DNA of 64,000 nt, from positions 64,001-128,000 of the forward strand of contig CBDASK010000003.1 in NCBI GenBank assembly GCA_965199495.1. The letters run 5' to 3'. Positions 38,936 to 48,276 of the stretch are shown piece by piece. This DNA is from Abditibacterium sp. (GTDB taxonomy: Bacteria > Armatimonadota > Abditibacteriia > Abditibacteriales > Abditibacteriaceae). Below the pieces are notes generated by a model, which saw nothing but the letters and a program-made list of their open reading frames with translations, ran no database searches and was not told the origin of the DNA. How positions within the stretch are numbered: the first letter of the stretch is position 1; each line of letters opens with the position of its first letter. A program made the position numbers and the translations under genes.

Positions 38936-39706
38936 ATGATAACTTCTCGCTCCCACGATCTCGTCAAAAAGTGCCGCGCGTTGCAAACCAGCAAAGGGCG
39001 CCGCCAACACAACGCGTTTCTCATCGAAGGTCGCAACGCCGTCGAAGCGGCACTCGACAACAATTGGCCGTTGCACGAAATTTTGGCGTTGCCCGACGAA
39101 ACCGAATTATCCGACCGCGCCCAGAGCAGCAGCCACGTCGTCACGCGCGTCGCCGAAACAGTGATGCAAGCCGCGACCGAAATGCCTGCGCCGCCGCCGA
39201 TTTTGGCGATTGGCGCCCTGCCCGATACGGTTGACAATTTCGACAGCGACGGATTGATTTTGATCATTGACGGCGCGGGCGATCCGGGCAATATCGGCAC
39301 GATGCTGCGCGCCGCCGACGCGGCGGGCGCCAGCCAGATTATTTTAAGTGCGGGCAGCGCCGACGTTTATCAGCCGAAAATCGTGCGTAGCGCGGCGGGC
39401 AGTTTGATGGCGATGCCGCCAATTAATCTGGCGAACCGCGCGCCCGAAAACATCGCGCGAATGTTACGCGAAAAGCAAATCCCGATTGTCACCGCCCAAA
39501 CGCGCGGCGGCGGCGATGCGTTTGAATGGGCGTGGCCGCGCCGTTGCGCCTTGGTATTGGGCCACGAAACGCGCGGCGTTTCGGCGGAGTTTGAAGCGGC
39601 GGGCGCGGGCGTGACAATTCCGATTTACGGGCGCGCCGAATCGCTCAACGTCGCGATGGCGGCGACGGTTTTGTGTTACGCGTGGGCGCAACGTTCGGGC
39701 GAATAA
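38936..39706 (+). CDS. TrmH/SpoU-family RNA methyltransferase
   Basis: FLIEG, DPGNIGTMLRAADAAG, LVLGHETRGVS, IPIYGRAESLNVAMA. Confidence 0.92.
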   Translation: MITSRSHDLVKKCRALQTSKGRRQHNAFLIEGRNAVEAALDNNWPLHEILALPDETELSDRAQSSSHVVTRVAETVMQAATEMPAPPPILAIGALPDTVDNFDSDGLILIIDGAGDPGNIGTMLRAADAAGASQIILSAGSADVYQPKIVRSAAGSLMAMPPINLANRAPENIARMLREKQIPIVTAQTRGGGDAFEWAWPRRCALVLGHETRGVSAEFEAAGAGVTIPIYGRAESLNVAMAATVLCYAWAQRSGE

Positions 39707-39845
39707 GTTCGCAGCCAAAGAGAAATGTCTGTTTCAAGCCGACAAGGTTTATTGCGCCGTGTCAACGGAGGTTGACACTTTTTTCTGGCTGCGAATTTAC
39801 TCGCCCTGACTCTGACTCGTCCGAGACAGCCACGCCGTCGCCGCA

Positions 39846-39917
39846 TCACTCGCCACCGCTTTCGCGCCCCATGCGATATTTAATATCGTAGTTGATGATG
39901 AAATTCAACTCTTCGTC
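39846..39917 (-). pseudogene. Out-of-frame remnant resembling a former methyltransferase C-terminus
   Basis: Reads DEELNFIINYDIKYRMGRESGGE*, starting on the last base of the methyltransferase stop codon. Confidence 0.6.
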
Positions 39918-42900
39918 TAATCATCAAACGAAGTCAACACGACTTGATTATAAAGCCGTTGAATATCTGGCCAAACCTCGGTTAATCCCAAATGTGCCGC
40001 GAAAATCGCGTCGCTTTTATCGGTGACAGCGCGGCATTTAGCGAGATTATAATTGCCAACATTCTTTCCGGCGTTGCGTTTGAAACTGACGTTGGTTTGC
40101 ATTGCTGTTTCCAATTCGGCAACTAACGGTTGTAAGCGCGCGTGAACGTCGTTCGGTATCTCCGCAAGATTCAACGGGAAATTGGCAAACATCCATTTGG
40201 TCACATCGAAGTCGTCGCCCACTATTGCCCAGTAAGCAAATTGAATTTTTCCATTTAAAAACAGAAGCGCGGCTTCTTGGGTTTTCTTGTCAACGAAATA
40301 AACAGTTCCAAACTTGGTGTGACTAATGGGTTTATCGTTCGCGTCGTAGCAAGGCGGCAATTGACGACAAAAGCAAAGCCAGTTATACGCCGACTTTTTG
40401 AAGTGCAACGGATAACTTTTCTGCGAACTGGCTAACGAGGCTTCGATAGTCAAAGGTTTAGCGTTAAGCCGTTCAAATTCTTTAGTCAAAGCGGACGTAT
40501 TTGTTTTGGGAATCAAATCATTCCACGCAGTCGGATTGTAAGCGGAAAAGCTCAGGCTTTCGATAAGATGCGGGCGAAAGTCTTCAAACCAACGGTGCAA
40601 ACGCGTGGTATAATTGGCGCTATCGCCGGTTTTGCTGCCCAGCCAAATGACGTTTCGCACACGCACATCGGCGGCGAAAAGCGCGGCGGGAATGCGCGCG
40701 AACGACGAAAACCAATTGCGTTGATAATCGGCAACGAGCATTTTCCGGCAAGTCTCAAATGTTCCCGAAAAGGAAAGGCTCAACGGAACAATCATACCGG
40801 CGCGACAATTCGCATTGCCGATGTTTTTCACGCGTTCCAAAACCCACGCATAAATATCGCTGGCGCGCTCGGTTTGGTAGCCGCGAACCGTATAAACCTT
40901 TTTCGCGTTCGATGCTGCGACATACGGCGGGTTGCCGATGATTACGTCGAAGCCGCCGTTTTGCAGGACGTTGTAAAATTCGGCACACCAGTGAAACGGT
41001 TGGTGGCTTTCTTTCCAATCGGCGTAAAGTGCGGGTTGCGATTTGGGCATCTGGGCGTAGAGGCCGCCCAGAAATTGATCGAAACTTTCGATGAGATGAT
41101 CGTGGCTTTGCTCCAACGCGCGTTTGGTTTGGAGCGGGATTTGACCGTCGCGTTTTTGGGTTTCGCGGAAGCGTTCGAGGTCGGCGCCGTAAGCGCGCGT
41201 TTCGGCAGCCACGTCGTCCCACGCAATGCCCAGCGCCAGTTGTTCGATGGCGGCTTTGTGGGCTTCTTCGAGCGTGGCGAAACCCACGAGCGTGTTGCCC
41301 GCGCGAATGTTGAAATCAATATCGGGCAGCGGTTGAATGCCCAGATTGGGTTTGTCGCCTTGCGGCGTGGCTTGCGAGGCGAGCTTGAGAAACAGCCGCA
41401 ATTTGCAAATCTCGACCGCCTCGCCCATGATGTCCACGCCATAAAGATTGGAGACCATCATTTTCTTGAAGGTCATGTAACCGCGATTGGCTTCGGCGTC
41501 CATTTCGCGCACTTTGTCGCGGAACTCTTCGACGCGCCCCTTCAACAAATGCGAATGTTTGGCGCTGCGTTCATCGAAATCTTCGACGACTTCATCCATG
41601 CGCGCCAACACTTCGCGGTAGAGCGGCTCCAAAATGTTCATCGCCGCGAACAAAAACGCGCCGCTTCCCACCGTCGGATCGAGGATGGTGACGTTTTCGA
41701 GCGCCTGCCACATTCTCCAAACTTCGTCCTGCGTTTCGAGGTTAGCGATAACATCGCTCATCCAAAGTTCGATATCGAGATTATGCGTGATGAGGTCGGC
41801 GACGGAATCGAATTGGACATTTTCGCCGTCACGCCGTAAATCCCCCGTAGGGGCGGGGTTCCCCCGCCCCAAACGTGCGGCGTCATCATCGTCATGGCGT
41901 TCGACATCGGCGCGCCGAATATTTGCGTCGTTACCATCGGCGTTATGTTTTGGGCGGGCGTTATGTTTTGGTCGGGGGAACCCCGCCCCTACGGGGGATT
42001 TACGGTCGTCATAATTGCGTCCCGTAGGGGCGGGGTTCTCCCGCTCAAAACGTCCATTGGTGTCAACGTTTGGCTCCGCGTCATCGCCCATTTCGCCCAC
42101 CAAAGCGAAATAACGCTGTCGGCGCGCGACGACTTCACGCCAGATTTCGGTGGGCAAACCCAAATCGCTGGTCGCGGTTTCGTTCCAGCGCCCGCGAGCA
42201 GCCACGTCGCGCAGGCCTGCGTGAATAAAGTCGGGCAAATCCAATTCGCAGCCGTATTTGACGGCGCTATAAACGTAGCGCGCCGTGTTGTGGCGCACCA
42301 AATCGAGCGCGCGATTGGCATCGGGCGCGGCCTTTTCAAACAGAAACGGCAGAATCGAATTGCGCGCGATGTAGCCGGTAATATCTTCTTTGGTGTAATA
42401 GGCGCCCATCTGTTTCTGGTTGATGAACTTCTCGAAAACGTAGCCTAAAACGTCGGGATTAATCTCGTTCCCGTCGCGCGTGGGCCGGTCGTCCAAGACC
42501 CATTTATAGGTATCGAAAAACTCGAACAATCCTTTGAAAAACGCATCGTCAATGCCGACGTGGCTGGTCTCGAAGTCGCGCCGCGCGAACAATCCGCCGT
42601 TGAGATAAATCAGATCGCCAAAGACGGCGAATCCGCGTTTATCGTCGTCGCCTTTGCCCGCAAAACGGTCGTCGCGCCGTTTGGAAAGAACCTCGAAAAA
42701 GAGCGGACACAAAAAGCCCCGGTAAAAATCGTCGCCGTCTTGGAGGCGCGCATCGGCGTTGTCGAAGTGGTTGCGCAGATACGCGGTATCGCCCAGCAAA
42801 AAACCTTTGGCCTGCATGAAATACAAAAACATCAAGCGCGTCAGCGTGAGCGAGGCGTATTCGTCTTTGACGCGGCCATCCAAACCATCGAGAAAAGTCA

Positions 42901-43411
42901 AAAGTGCGTCGCGTTGTTTTTTGAAGCCGTCGTAGAATTTCTTGGAAACGTTGTCAACGTCAAAATTGCGATTGATGCGCGCCGCGATTTCGATAATGCC
43001 AAAGCCGCCGCGCTCGCCCGCCTTGATTTCTTCGTCGAGCGAAATGCCCAAACCTTTGAGCCGCGAAATTAAATCGTCGAACGAATGCGAATTGGGATAA
43101 GGCCCGAAGCGATTAAATTTGTTGGCTTTGCCGATTTCGCGTTTGGAAAATTGCCAGAGTTGCGAATTTTCGTCGTGCCAGACGATGAGGTGTTCGGCGG
43201 CAAATTTGGCGAGTTGGTTATCGAGATCGAGCGCAGTTACGCGCGATAATTCGTTTAAATCGGGAAGTTGGCAAACGAAAACGGGCAGTCCGCCTTTGCT
43301 GGCGATGGCTTTAAATTGGTGTCCGTCAATGATTTGGGTTTTGTCGAAATTGTCCCAACCAAGTTGGATAAAAAGTTCTTTAAATTTGTGAGAACAAAGC
43401 AATTCGCGCAT
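39917..43411 (-). CDS. Large N6-adenine DNA methyltransferase (Eco57I/type IIG-like), no partner helicase or nuclease adjacent
   Basis: YLNGGLF, PDVLGYVFEK, KQMGAYYTKEDIT, ILDPTVGSGAFL (motif I), NLYGVDI, GFDVIIGNPPY (motif IV); lower-GC C-terminal TRD-like region. Confidence 0.88.
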   Translation of the reverse strand: MRELLCSHKFKELFIQLGWDNFDKTQIIDGHQFKAIASKGGLPVFVCQLPDLNELSRVTALDLDNQLAKFAAEHLIVWHDENSQLWQFSKREIGKANKFNRFGPYPNSHSFDDLISRLKGLGISLDEEIKAGERGGFGIIEIAARINRNFDVDNVSKKFYDGFKKQRDALLTFLDGLDGRVKDEYASLTLTRLMFLYFMQAKGFLLGDTAYLRNHFDNADARLQDGDDFYRGFLCPLFFEVLSKRRDDRFAGKGDDDKRGFAVFGDLIYLNGGLFARRDFETSHVGIDDAFFKGLFEFFDTYKWVLDDRPTRDGNEINPDVLGYVFEKFINQKQMGAYYTKEDITGYIARNSILPFLFEKAAPDANRALDLVRHNTARYVYSAVKYGCELDLPDFIHAGLRDVAARGRWNETATSDLGLPTEIWREVVARRQRYFALVGEMGDDAEPNVDTNGRFERENPAPTGRNYDDRKSPVGAGFPRPKHNARPKHNADGNDANIRRADVERHDDDDAARLGRGNPAPTGDLRRDGENVQFDSVADLITHNLDIELWMSDVIANLETQDEVWRMWQALENVTILDPTVGSGAFLFAAMNILEPLYREVLARMDEVVEDFDERSAKHSHLLKGRVEEFRDKVREMDAEANRGYMTFKKMMVSNLYGVDIMGEAVEICKLRLFLKLASQATPQGDKPNLGIQPLPDIDFNIRAGNTLVGFATLEEAHKAAIEQLALGIAWDDVAAETRAYGADLERFRETQKRDGQIPLQTKRALEQSHDHLIESFDQFLGGLYAQMPKSQPALYADWKESHQPFHWCAEFYNVLQNGGFDVIIGNPPYVAASNAKKVYTVRGYQTERASDIYAWVLERVKNIGNANCRAGMIVPLSLSFSGTFETCRKMLVADYQRNWFSSFARIPAALFAADVRVRNVIWLGSKTGDSANYTTRLHRWFEDFRPHLIESLSFSAYNPTAWNDLIPKTNTSALTKEFERLNAKPLTIEASLASSQKSYPLHFKKSAYNWLCFCRQLPPCYDANDKPISHTKFGTVYFVDKKTQEAALLFLNGKIQFAYWAIVGDDFDVTKWMFANFPLNLAEIPNDVHARLQPLVAELETAMQTNVSFKRNAGKNVGNYNLAKCRAVTDKSDAIFAAHLGLTEVWPDIQRLYNQVVLTSFDD
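41834..42050. repeat. Three GTAG-type REP units (gtaggggcggggttcYcccgc) inside the methyltransferase CDS
   Basis: Inverted pair 41834-42005 plus a third copy at 42021-42050; the reading frame stays open. Confidence 0.88.
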
Positions 43412-43810
43412 AGGGCGTCAAGTTTACGTTTTTTCTTTTGTCCACAAAGAACACAAAGGATCAGAGTTCTAAATCACGCCACGTCAATTTAACTTGACAA
43501 TTGGCGGGCGCGCCAAACTGTTACACTTGCAACCGAAAACGGTGTTTTCGCGTGTGGCTGGCCTTTTTGGGAGAAACGACAAACGTTCTCCTCCCAATTT
43601 TTTAGCGCACCGGACGCCGCGCGGCAGGTTTTTCTTCTTTATTCCCGTTGTCAAAGAGGCTCGTCACACGAGCGCACATAGAAAAACTTCAACGCGCGGC
43701 GCCCTTCATTTTGCGGCAGATAACACAATTTATTTGTTTCCGGTGCGCGACTTTGGCTCTTTCCCCTTCGATCATCCCGTTTTCCATTTAACCGAATAAG
43801 GAAAGAAATT

Positions 43811-45769
43811 TTGGAAAATTCCAACAGTCTGGGCGGCGCGCGCATCGCGCTGCTCATCGACTTCGACAACGTGATTCTGGGCATTGACGAACCCGGATTT
43901 GACATCGAACTCGTGGTCAACGCTCTGCGCGAACGTGGCACAATTACCGTTTCGCGCGTTTACGGCGATTGGTATCGCCACTCTCGTCATCGCCGCCGCC
44001 TCATGGAACACGGCGTCGAACTGGTCGAAGCTCCGGCTTTCGGGCCGGTCATCAAAAACTCCGCCGACATCAAAATCGCCCTCGACGGCTACGAAATCGG
44101 CATGACAATGCCGCACATCAACACGTTTTGTCTGGTGTCGGGCGACTCCGATTTTTTGCCGCTCATCAAGAAATTGCAGGGTCTGGGCAAAAACGTTTTG
44201 GTCATCTGCGGCAACCGCTTCACCTCGGATATGTTGCGGCGCAACTGCAACGAGTTCATCTCGTATGAGAATTTATTGGCCGCCTCTTACGGCGCCGACG
44301 AAGACGCCACAACTTTGGAAGGCGCGTTTGCGCTTTTGCATCGCGCGATGGCGGCGCTGCGCGAACGCGGCTCAGAAATTCGGACTTCGACGCTAAAACA
44401 GATGATGATTCAGCTCAACCCGGTGTTTTCGGAGAAAACGTTTGGCTACAACCAATTTCGCGGATTTTTGGATAAAGCCGGGCGCGAAAATCTGATCAAA
44501 CTTGGCCCGCGCGACCGCGTTTCGGGTGAGTTTTACGTTTTGTTGCCCGAAGAAGACGAAGCGCAGGTCATCGAGCAAATCGAGCGCGCCGAACCCGCGC
44601 AGGTCGTCGAAGAAATCGTCGAGGCGCGCCGTGGCAATAATAATCGCAATCGCCGCGAAGACAAAACGCGCGACGAAAAAGAGGAGCGCCCCAATCGGCG
44701 TGCCAAAGAACCACGCGCCGACGAAGAGCCACCGCGCCCACGTTCGCGTCGCGAAGCGCGATTGTTGGCGCATCAGGAACTGGAACAACAGGAAGTCGCC
44801 GAGCCACAAGATACGACGGCTCCAGCAGTTCCGCTCGCCTCGCCGTTGACGCCCGCGACCGATTTTTCGCCCGCCGATGCGAGCGAAACGCGGCAGATGT
44901 CTATCTCGCGCGGCGAACTCTTGTCGCGCGGTTTGCGCGTCGGCAAATTCAAGTTTTCCGGCGCCAAAGGCATCGAGAAAATCGAAGCGCGCGTTGAATC
45001 GGCGGAAGAATCGAGGATCGAACCCGACATCGCGCTGACGCCGCAAGATATGGAAGCGCAAATGACGGAAACGCCAGAGGTGGAAACGGAAGTTGCCGCA
45101 ACGCCCGCAACTGAAATGGCGGAAAAATCGAAACGTTCGCGCTCACGCCGTCGCAAGAAAACGATGGAAGCTGTGGAAAGCCCGGCAACTGAAGCACCGG
45201 CAGATGAAGTGGAAACCATTGAAGTCGAAGCGGCAAACGTCGGGGCGCAACCCGTCGAAACTGACGTAGCGACCGAAAGCGTCACAACAGCAGCCACGCC
45301 GGAGAGCGAAGTTGCGCCCGCCGAAAAAAAGCCGCGTCGCCGTTCGCGCTCGAAAGCCAAAACCAAGACCGAAGAAGCTGAAGCTACGCCAACCGAAACG
45401 GCAACCGACGAAACGTCAGTTGCCGAAGTCGAAGCGACGCCCGAAGCGACAACGCCAGAAAAGCCCAAGCGCACGCGGCGCCGCAAGAAAACCGAAAGCC
45501 AAGAGGAGACTCAACCGATGAACGAATCCGAAAAAGCCGTCGAAGCCGATGGAACCGAACACACCATTTCGACCGAAGCGCTAATCGCGGCCAGCGCCGA
45601 CACGCCCGCCGCGCAAAAGCCGAAACCGCGTAGCCGTCGCACCGCGCGCAAAGCCACCGATGAAGCCGCCGGAGTTAGAACTGCGATTGACGAAAAAATC
45701 GTGACGACCGACGAAACGACGGATAAAATGACGCAAATCCCCGTTCCAGTCAGCGAAGACGAAATGTAA
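43811..45769 (+). CDS. NYN-domain (LabA/DUF88) protein with OST-HTH/LOTUS domain and a long disordered tail
   Basis: ALLIDFDNV, VYGDW, KNSADIKIALD, LVSGDSDFLPL, FSEKTFGYNQFRGFL; about 380-aa E/T/A/K/R-rich tail; TTG start after AAGGAA. Confidence 0.88.
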   Translation: MENSNSLGGARIALLIDFDNVILGIDEPGFDIELVVNALRERGTITVSRVYGDWYRHSRHRRRLMEHGVELVEAPAFGPVIKNSADIKIALDGYEIGMTMPHINTFCLVSGDSDFLPLIKKLQGLGKNVLVICGNRFTSDMLRRNCNEFISYENLLAASYGADEDATTLEGAFALLHRAMAALRERGSEIRTSTLKQMMIQLNPVFSEKTFGYNQFRGFLDKAGRENLIKLGPRDRVSGEFYVLLPEEDEAQVIEQIERAEPAQVVEEIVEARRGNNNRNRREDKTRDEKEERPNRRAKEPRADEEPPRPRSRREARLLAHQELEQQEVAEPQDTTAPAVPLASPLTPATDFSPADASETRQMSISRGELLSRGLRVGKFKFSGAKGIEKIEARVESAEESRIEPDIALTPQDMEAQMTETPEVETEVAATPATEMAEKSKRSRSRRRKKTMEAVESPATEAPADEVETIEVEAANVGAQPVETDVATESVTTAATPESEVAPAEKKPRRRSRSKAKTKTEEAEATPTETATDETSVAEVEATPEATTPEKPKRTRRRKKTESQEETQPMNESEKAVEADGTEHTISTEALIAASADTPAAQKPKPRSRRTARKATDEAAGVRTAIDEKIVTTDETTDKMTQIPVPVSEDEM

Positions 45770-45803
45770 AAAATGGATAAAGGCGAGAAGCACAACAGTC
45801 GGT

Positions 45804-45949
45804 CTCGCCTGTCATTTCGAGCGGAGCCGAGAAATCTTGTGCCCGCGCGGCAGCGCAAGTTCAAGCGATTTTTACGTTTAAGCTCGCGCATCTTTTCCGC
45901 TGGCGCGGGGCCGACAGATTTCTCGGCTTCGCTCGAAATGACAGGCGAG
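45804..45949. repeat. REP doublet, GTCATTTCGAGCG family, with asymmetric inner arms
   Basis: Terminal inverted repeats ctcgcctgtcatttcgagcg..gagaaatct; the interior matches the reverse complement of 50772-50905. Confidence 0.88.
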
Positions 45950-45986
45950 GTCAGAAGCTCACTCCTTACCTTTTTACCCATTCCAC

Positions 45987-46940
45987 ATGTCTCCCGCCGA
46001 ACTCAAAACCCAACTCGTCGCGCGCGCGCAGGAATTGGGTTTTGTCGCGTGTGGCGTCGCGCAGGCCGCGCCCTCGCAGACAGCTTCACAATTAGAAAAG
46101 TGGCTGGGCAGCAGTTATCACGCGGGCATGGCGTGGATGAACAAGCCGGAATCGAGGGAAAAACGCGCCGACATTCGCCAAATGTTGCCCAACGCGCAAT
46201 CGGTCGTCGCTGTGGCGATGTTGTATCGCACCGACGCCGAGTGGGACGCCGAAACGATGGGCGAAATCGCGCGTTACGCACGCGGCGACGATTATCACGA
46301 TTGGATGAAAGCACGTTTGCACGAACTGCTGGCGTGGGTTAAAGACGCAAGCGGTTGCCAAGGTTTGGCGTGTGTAGATACGGCGCCGGTTTTAGAACGC
46401 GAATGGGCGCAACGGGCGGGCATCGGTTGGATCGGCAAAAATTCGCTGTTGATGAGCCGCGCGTTCGGCTCCTACGTTTTGCTGGGCGAACTGGTTCTCG
46501 ACATCGAATTGCCGCCCGACGAACCGCACATCGAAGAGTTTTGCGGCACCTGCACGCGCTGCATTGACGCGTGTCCGACCGACGCGCTGATCGAGCCACG
46601 CGTGCTGGATTCCAACAAATGTATCGCGTATCACACGATTGAAAATCGCGAATTGGCGACGATTGTGTTGCGCGAAAATTTCGGCGACCAAGTTTTCGGT
46701 TGCGATATTTGCCAACAAGTTTGTCCGTGGAACCAAAAAGCCGAGCGCGATGAAGTTTTTTCCGATGAACCAGAAAAATGGACGCGCCCGCAAATGCCCG
46801 CTTTGCACGAATGGATTGATATTCCACAAGACGAGTTTTCGGCGCGCTTGAAAAATAGTCCGATTAAACGCGCCAAACGGCGCGGCATGCGGCGCAACGC
46901 GGCGCGGGCGTTAAAGAATCGGCGAGAAAGCCAAATTTAA
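45987..46940 (+). CDS. queG: Epoxyqueuosine reductase
   Basis: IARYARGDDYH, VDTAPVLERE..RAGIGWIGKN, CGTCTRCIDACPT, FGCDICQQVCPWN. Confidence 0.95.
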   Translation: MSPAELKTQLVARAQELGFVACGVAQAAPSQTASQLEKWLGSSYHAGMAWMNKPESREKRADIRQMLPNAQSVVAVAMLYRTDAEWDAETMGEIARYARGDDYHDWMKARLHELLAWVKDASGCQGLACVDTAPVLEREWAQRAGIGWIGKNSLLMSRAFGSYVLLGELVLDIELPPDEPHIEEFCGTCTRCIDACPTDALIEPRVLDSNKCIAYHTIENRELATIVLRENFGDQVFGCDICQQVCPWNQKAERDEVFSDEPEKWTRPQMPALHEWIDIPQDEFSARLKNSPIKRAKRRGMRRNAARALKNRRESQI

Positions 46941-46950
46941 ACTTTTGTTT

Positions 46951-47152
46951 TTAACCACAAAGAGCACAAAGAGTGTTTGATGCCGCTTGAGTTGAGGCGT
47001 AAATTAGAAGTTGGCGGGCCGTTTTTCTTTTTAGTTGGTGACTCGAAACTTCTTCTTGACCAACTAAAAACAAAAAATCAACGGCCCACCAACTTCTAAT
47101 TTACGCCTCAACTCAAGCGGCATCAAACACTCTTTGTGCTCTTTGTGGTTAA
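46951..47152. repeat. Inverted repeat with about 73-bp near-perfect arms (about 90 with a bulge), ttaaccacaaagagcacaaag type
   Basis: 46951-47023 / 47080-47152, between convergent genes. Confidence 0.92.
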
Positions 47153-47178
47153 TTTAAGTCGTTCATTCAGCTTACAAG

Positions 47179-47520
47179 TTAGCTTTCGTCGCGGGCGTGA
47201 ACGTGCGCGGGCGGGGCCGTGGCTTCGACGGCGGAGAAGGCTTCGATGATTTTATAAGTATGGCTGGCGCCCTGCGGCACGACCCACGAATCGCCGGTTT
47301 CGAGCGTCACCATTTGGCCTTCGAGATGCAATTCGGCTTTGCCGCTCAACACGTAGCCAACGGTTTCGTATTCGCGCGACTCGGCGGGTTTGGGTTCGCC
47401 GGGTTGTTCGTTTTCCCACAAACGCATCGCAACGGATTTGCCCGACGCGAGATATTTCTGTCCCATCTGACCCTGCGGCGAGTTTTGGGAATCCACTTTA
47501 GTAACAGTTGTATCGCTCAT
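47179..47520 (-). CDS. Cupin-domain protein
   Basis: GQKYLASGKSVAMRLW, YETVGYVLSGKAELHLEG, GDSWVVPQGASHTY. Start at 47520; the longer ORF overlaps the tRNA. Confidence 0.85.
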   Translation of the reverse strand: MSDTTVTKVDSQNSPQGQMGQKYLASGKSVAMRLWENEQPGEPKPAESREYETVGYVLSGKAELHLEGQMVTLETGDSWVVPQGASHTYKIIEAFSAVEATAPPAHVHARDES

Positions 47521-47630
47521 GATGTTTTGTCTCCGATATTTTTCGGGAGAATCGAAGTTAGCCCTTGCAAAGAATGTTCCGAGCGGGTAAAATTTCCCCT
47601 TGTTCGCAAACGCAAGTTTGTGACACGCGG

Positions 47631-47714
47631 GCCTCTGTGGCGGAATTGGCAGACGCGCTGGACTCAAAATCCAGTTCCCGTGAGGGAGTGTCGGTTCGAT
47701 TCCGACCGGAGGTA
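47631..47714 (+). tRNA. tRNA-Leu(CAA), CCA not encoded
   Basis: Acceptor stem GCCTCTG/CGGAGGT; D-arm GGCGGAATTGGCAGACGC; anticodon arm CTGGA-CTCAAAA-TCCAG; long variable arm; GGTTCGATTCC. Confidence 0.96.
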
Positions 47715-47735
47715 GTTTCAAATTCATATAGGCCC

Positions 47736-47782
47736 AAACAAAACCCGCGCACTTTTTACAAAGTGCGCGGGTTTTTGTTTTT
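47736..47782. terminator. Bidirectional Rho-independent terminator
   Basis: aaaacccgcgcacttt/aaagtgcgcgggtttt between the tRNA and the convergent Rrf2 gene. Confidence 0.85.
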
Positions 47783-47794
47783 CTGCGTCCGATT

Positions 47795-48232
47795 CTAAGG
47801 CTCCGCTTTTACGGTGTCACCAATTTTCTCGGCGACATCGGCGAGCGTGATAGCGGAAAATTCGCGTTCGACGGCGGCGGCGGCGGTTCGCGAAATGTCG
47901 CGCAAAACGCCTTCGATTTCGCGTCCGACGCAACAGGCCTGAGCGGGCGGATTGGGATGACTGCCAAAGGTCTCGATGTCACCAGCCACGGCGTGATGGA
48001 TTTCGGCGAGCGTGATCTGATGCGCTGGCTTTTTCAAACGCGTGCCGCCGCCGGGGCCACGCTGCGTCTCGACCAAACCGGCGGTTTTGAGGTCGAGCAA
48101 CATGCGCCGGATGACCACCGCGTTGGTGTTGATGGTGAAAGCCAGCTTTTCCGACGAGAGATTCTCGTCGGGAGAAAGCGCCAACACACTGAGTAAATGG
48201 ACGCCAAAAGCGAACCGACAGTTTGCAGCCAT
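47795..48232 (-). CDS. Rrf2-family transcriptional regulator
   Basis: RFAFGVHLL, SSEKLA..INTNAVVIRR, LVETQRGPGGG, ITLAEI. Confidence 0.9.
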   Translation of the reverse strand: MAANCRFAFGVHLLSVLALSPDENLSSEKLAFTINTNAVVIRRMLLDLKTAGLVETQRGPGGGTRLKKPAHQITLAEIHHAVAGDIETFGSHPNPPAQACCVGREIEGVLRDISRTAAAAVEREFSAITLADVAEKIGDTVKAEP

Positions 48233-48276
48233 AGCGATAATTTGGGACGCTTTTAGTTAAGACAACAAATGTAAAG

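Noticed and set aside
39708..39795. Hairpin ttcgcagcca...tggctgcgaa with inner gtgtcaac/gttgacac as an ncRNA
   Set aside because: Short stems between convergent genes; more simply a terminator or decayed repeat.
47631..47800. tRNA-Leu as an integration site for an island
   Set aside because: No integrase and no duplicated tRNA 3' end was seen in the window.
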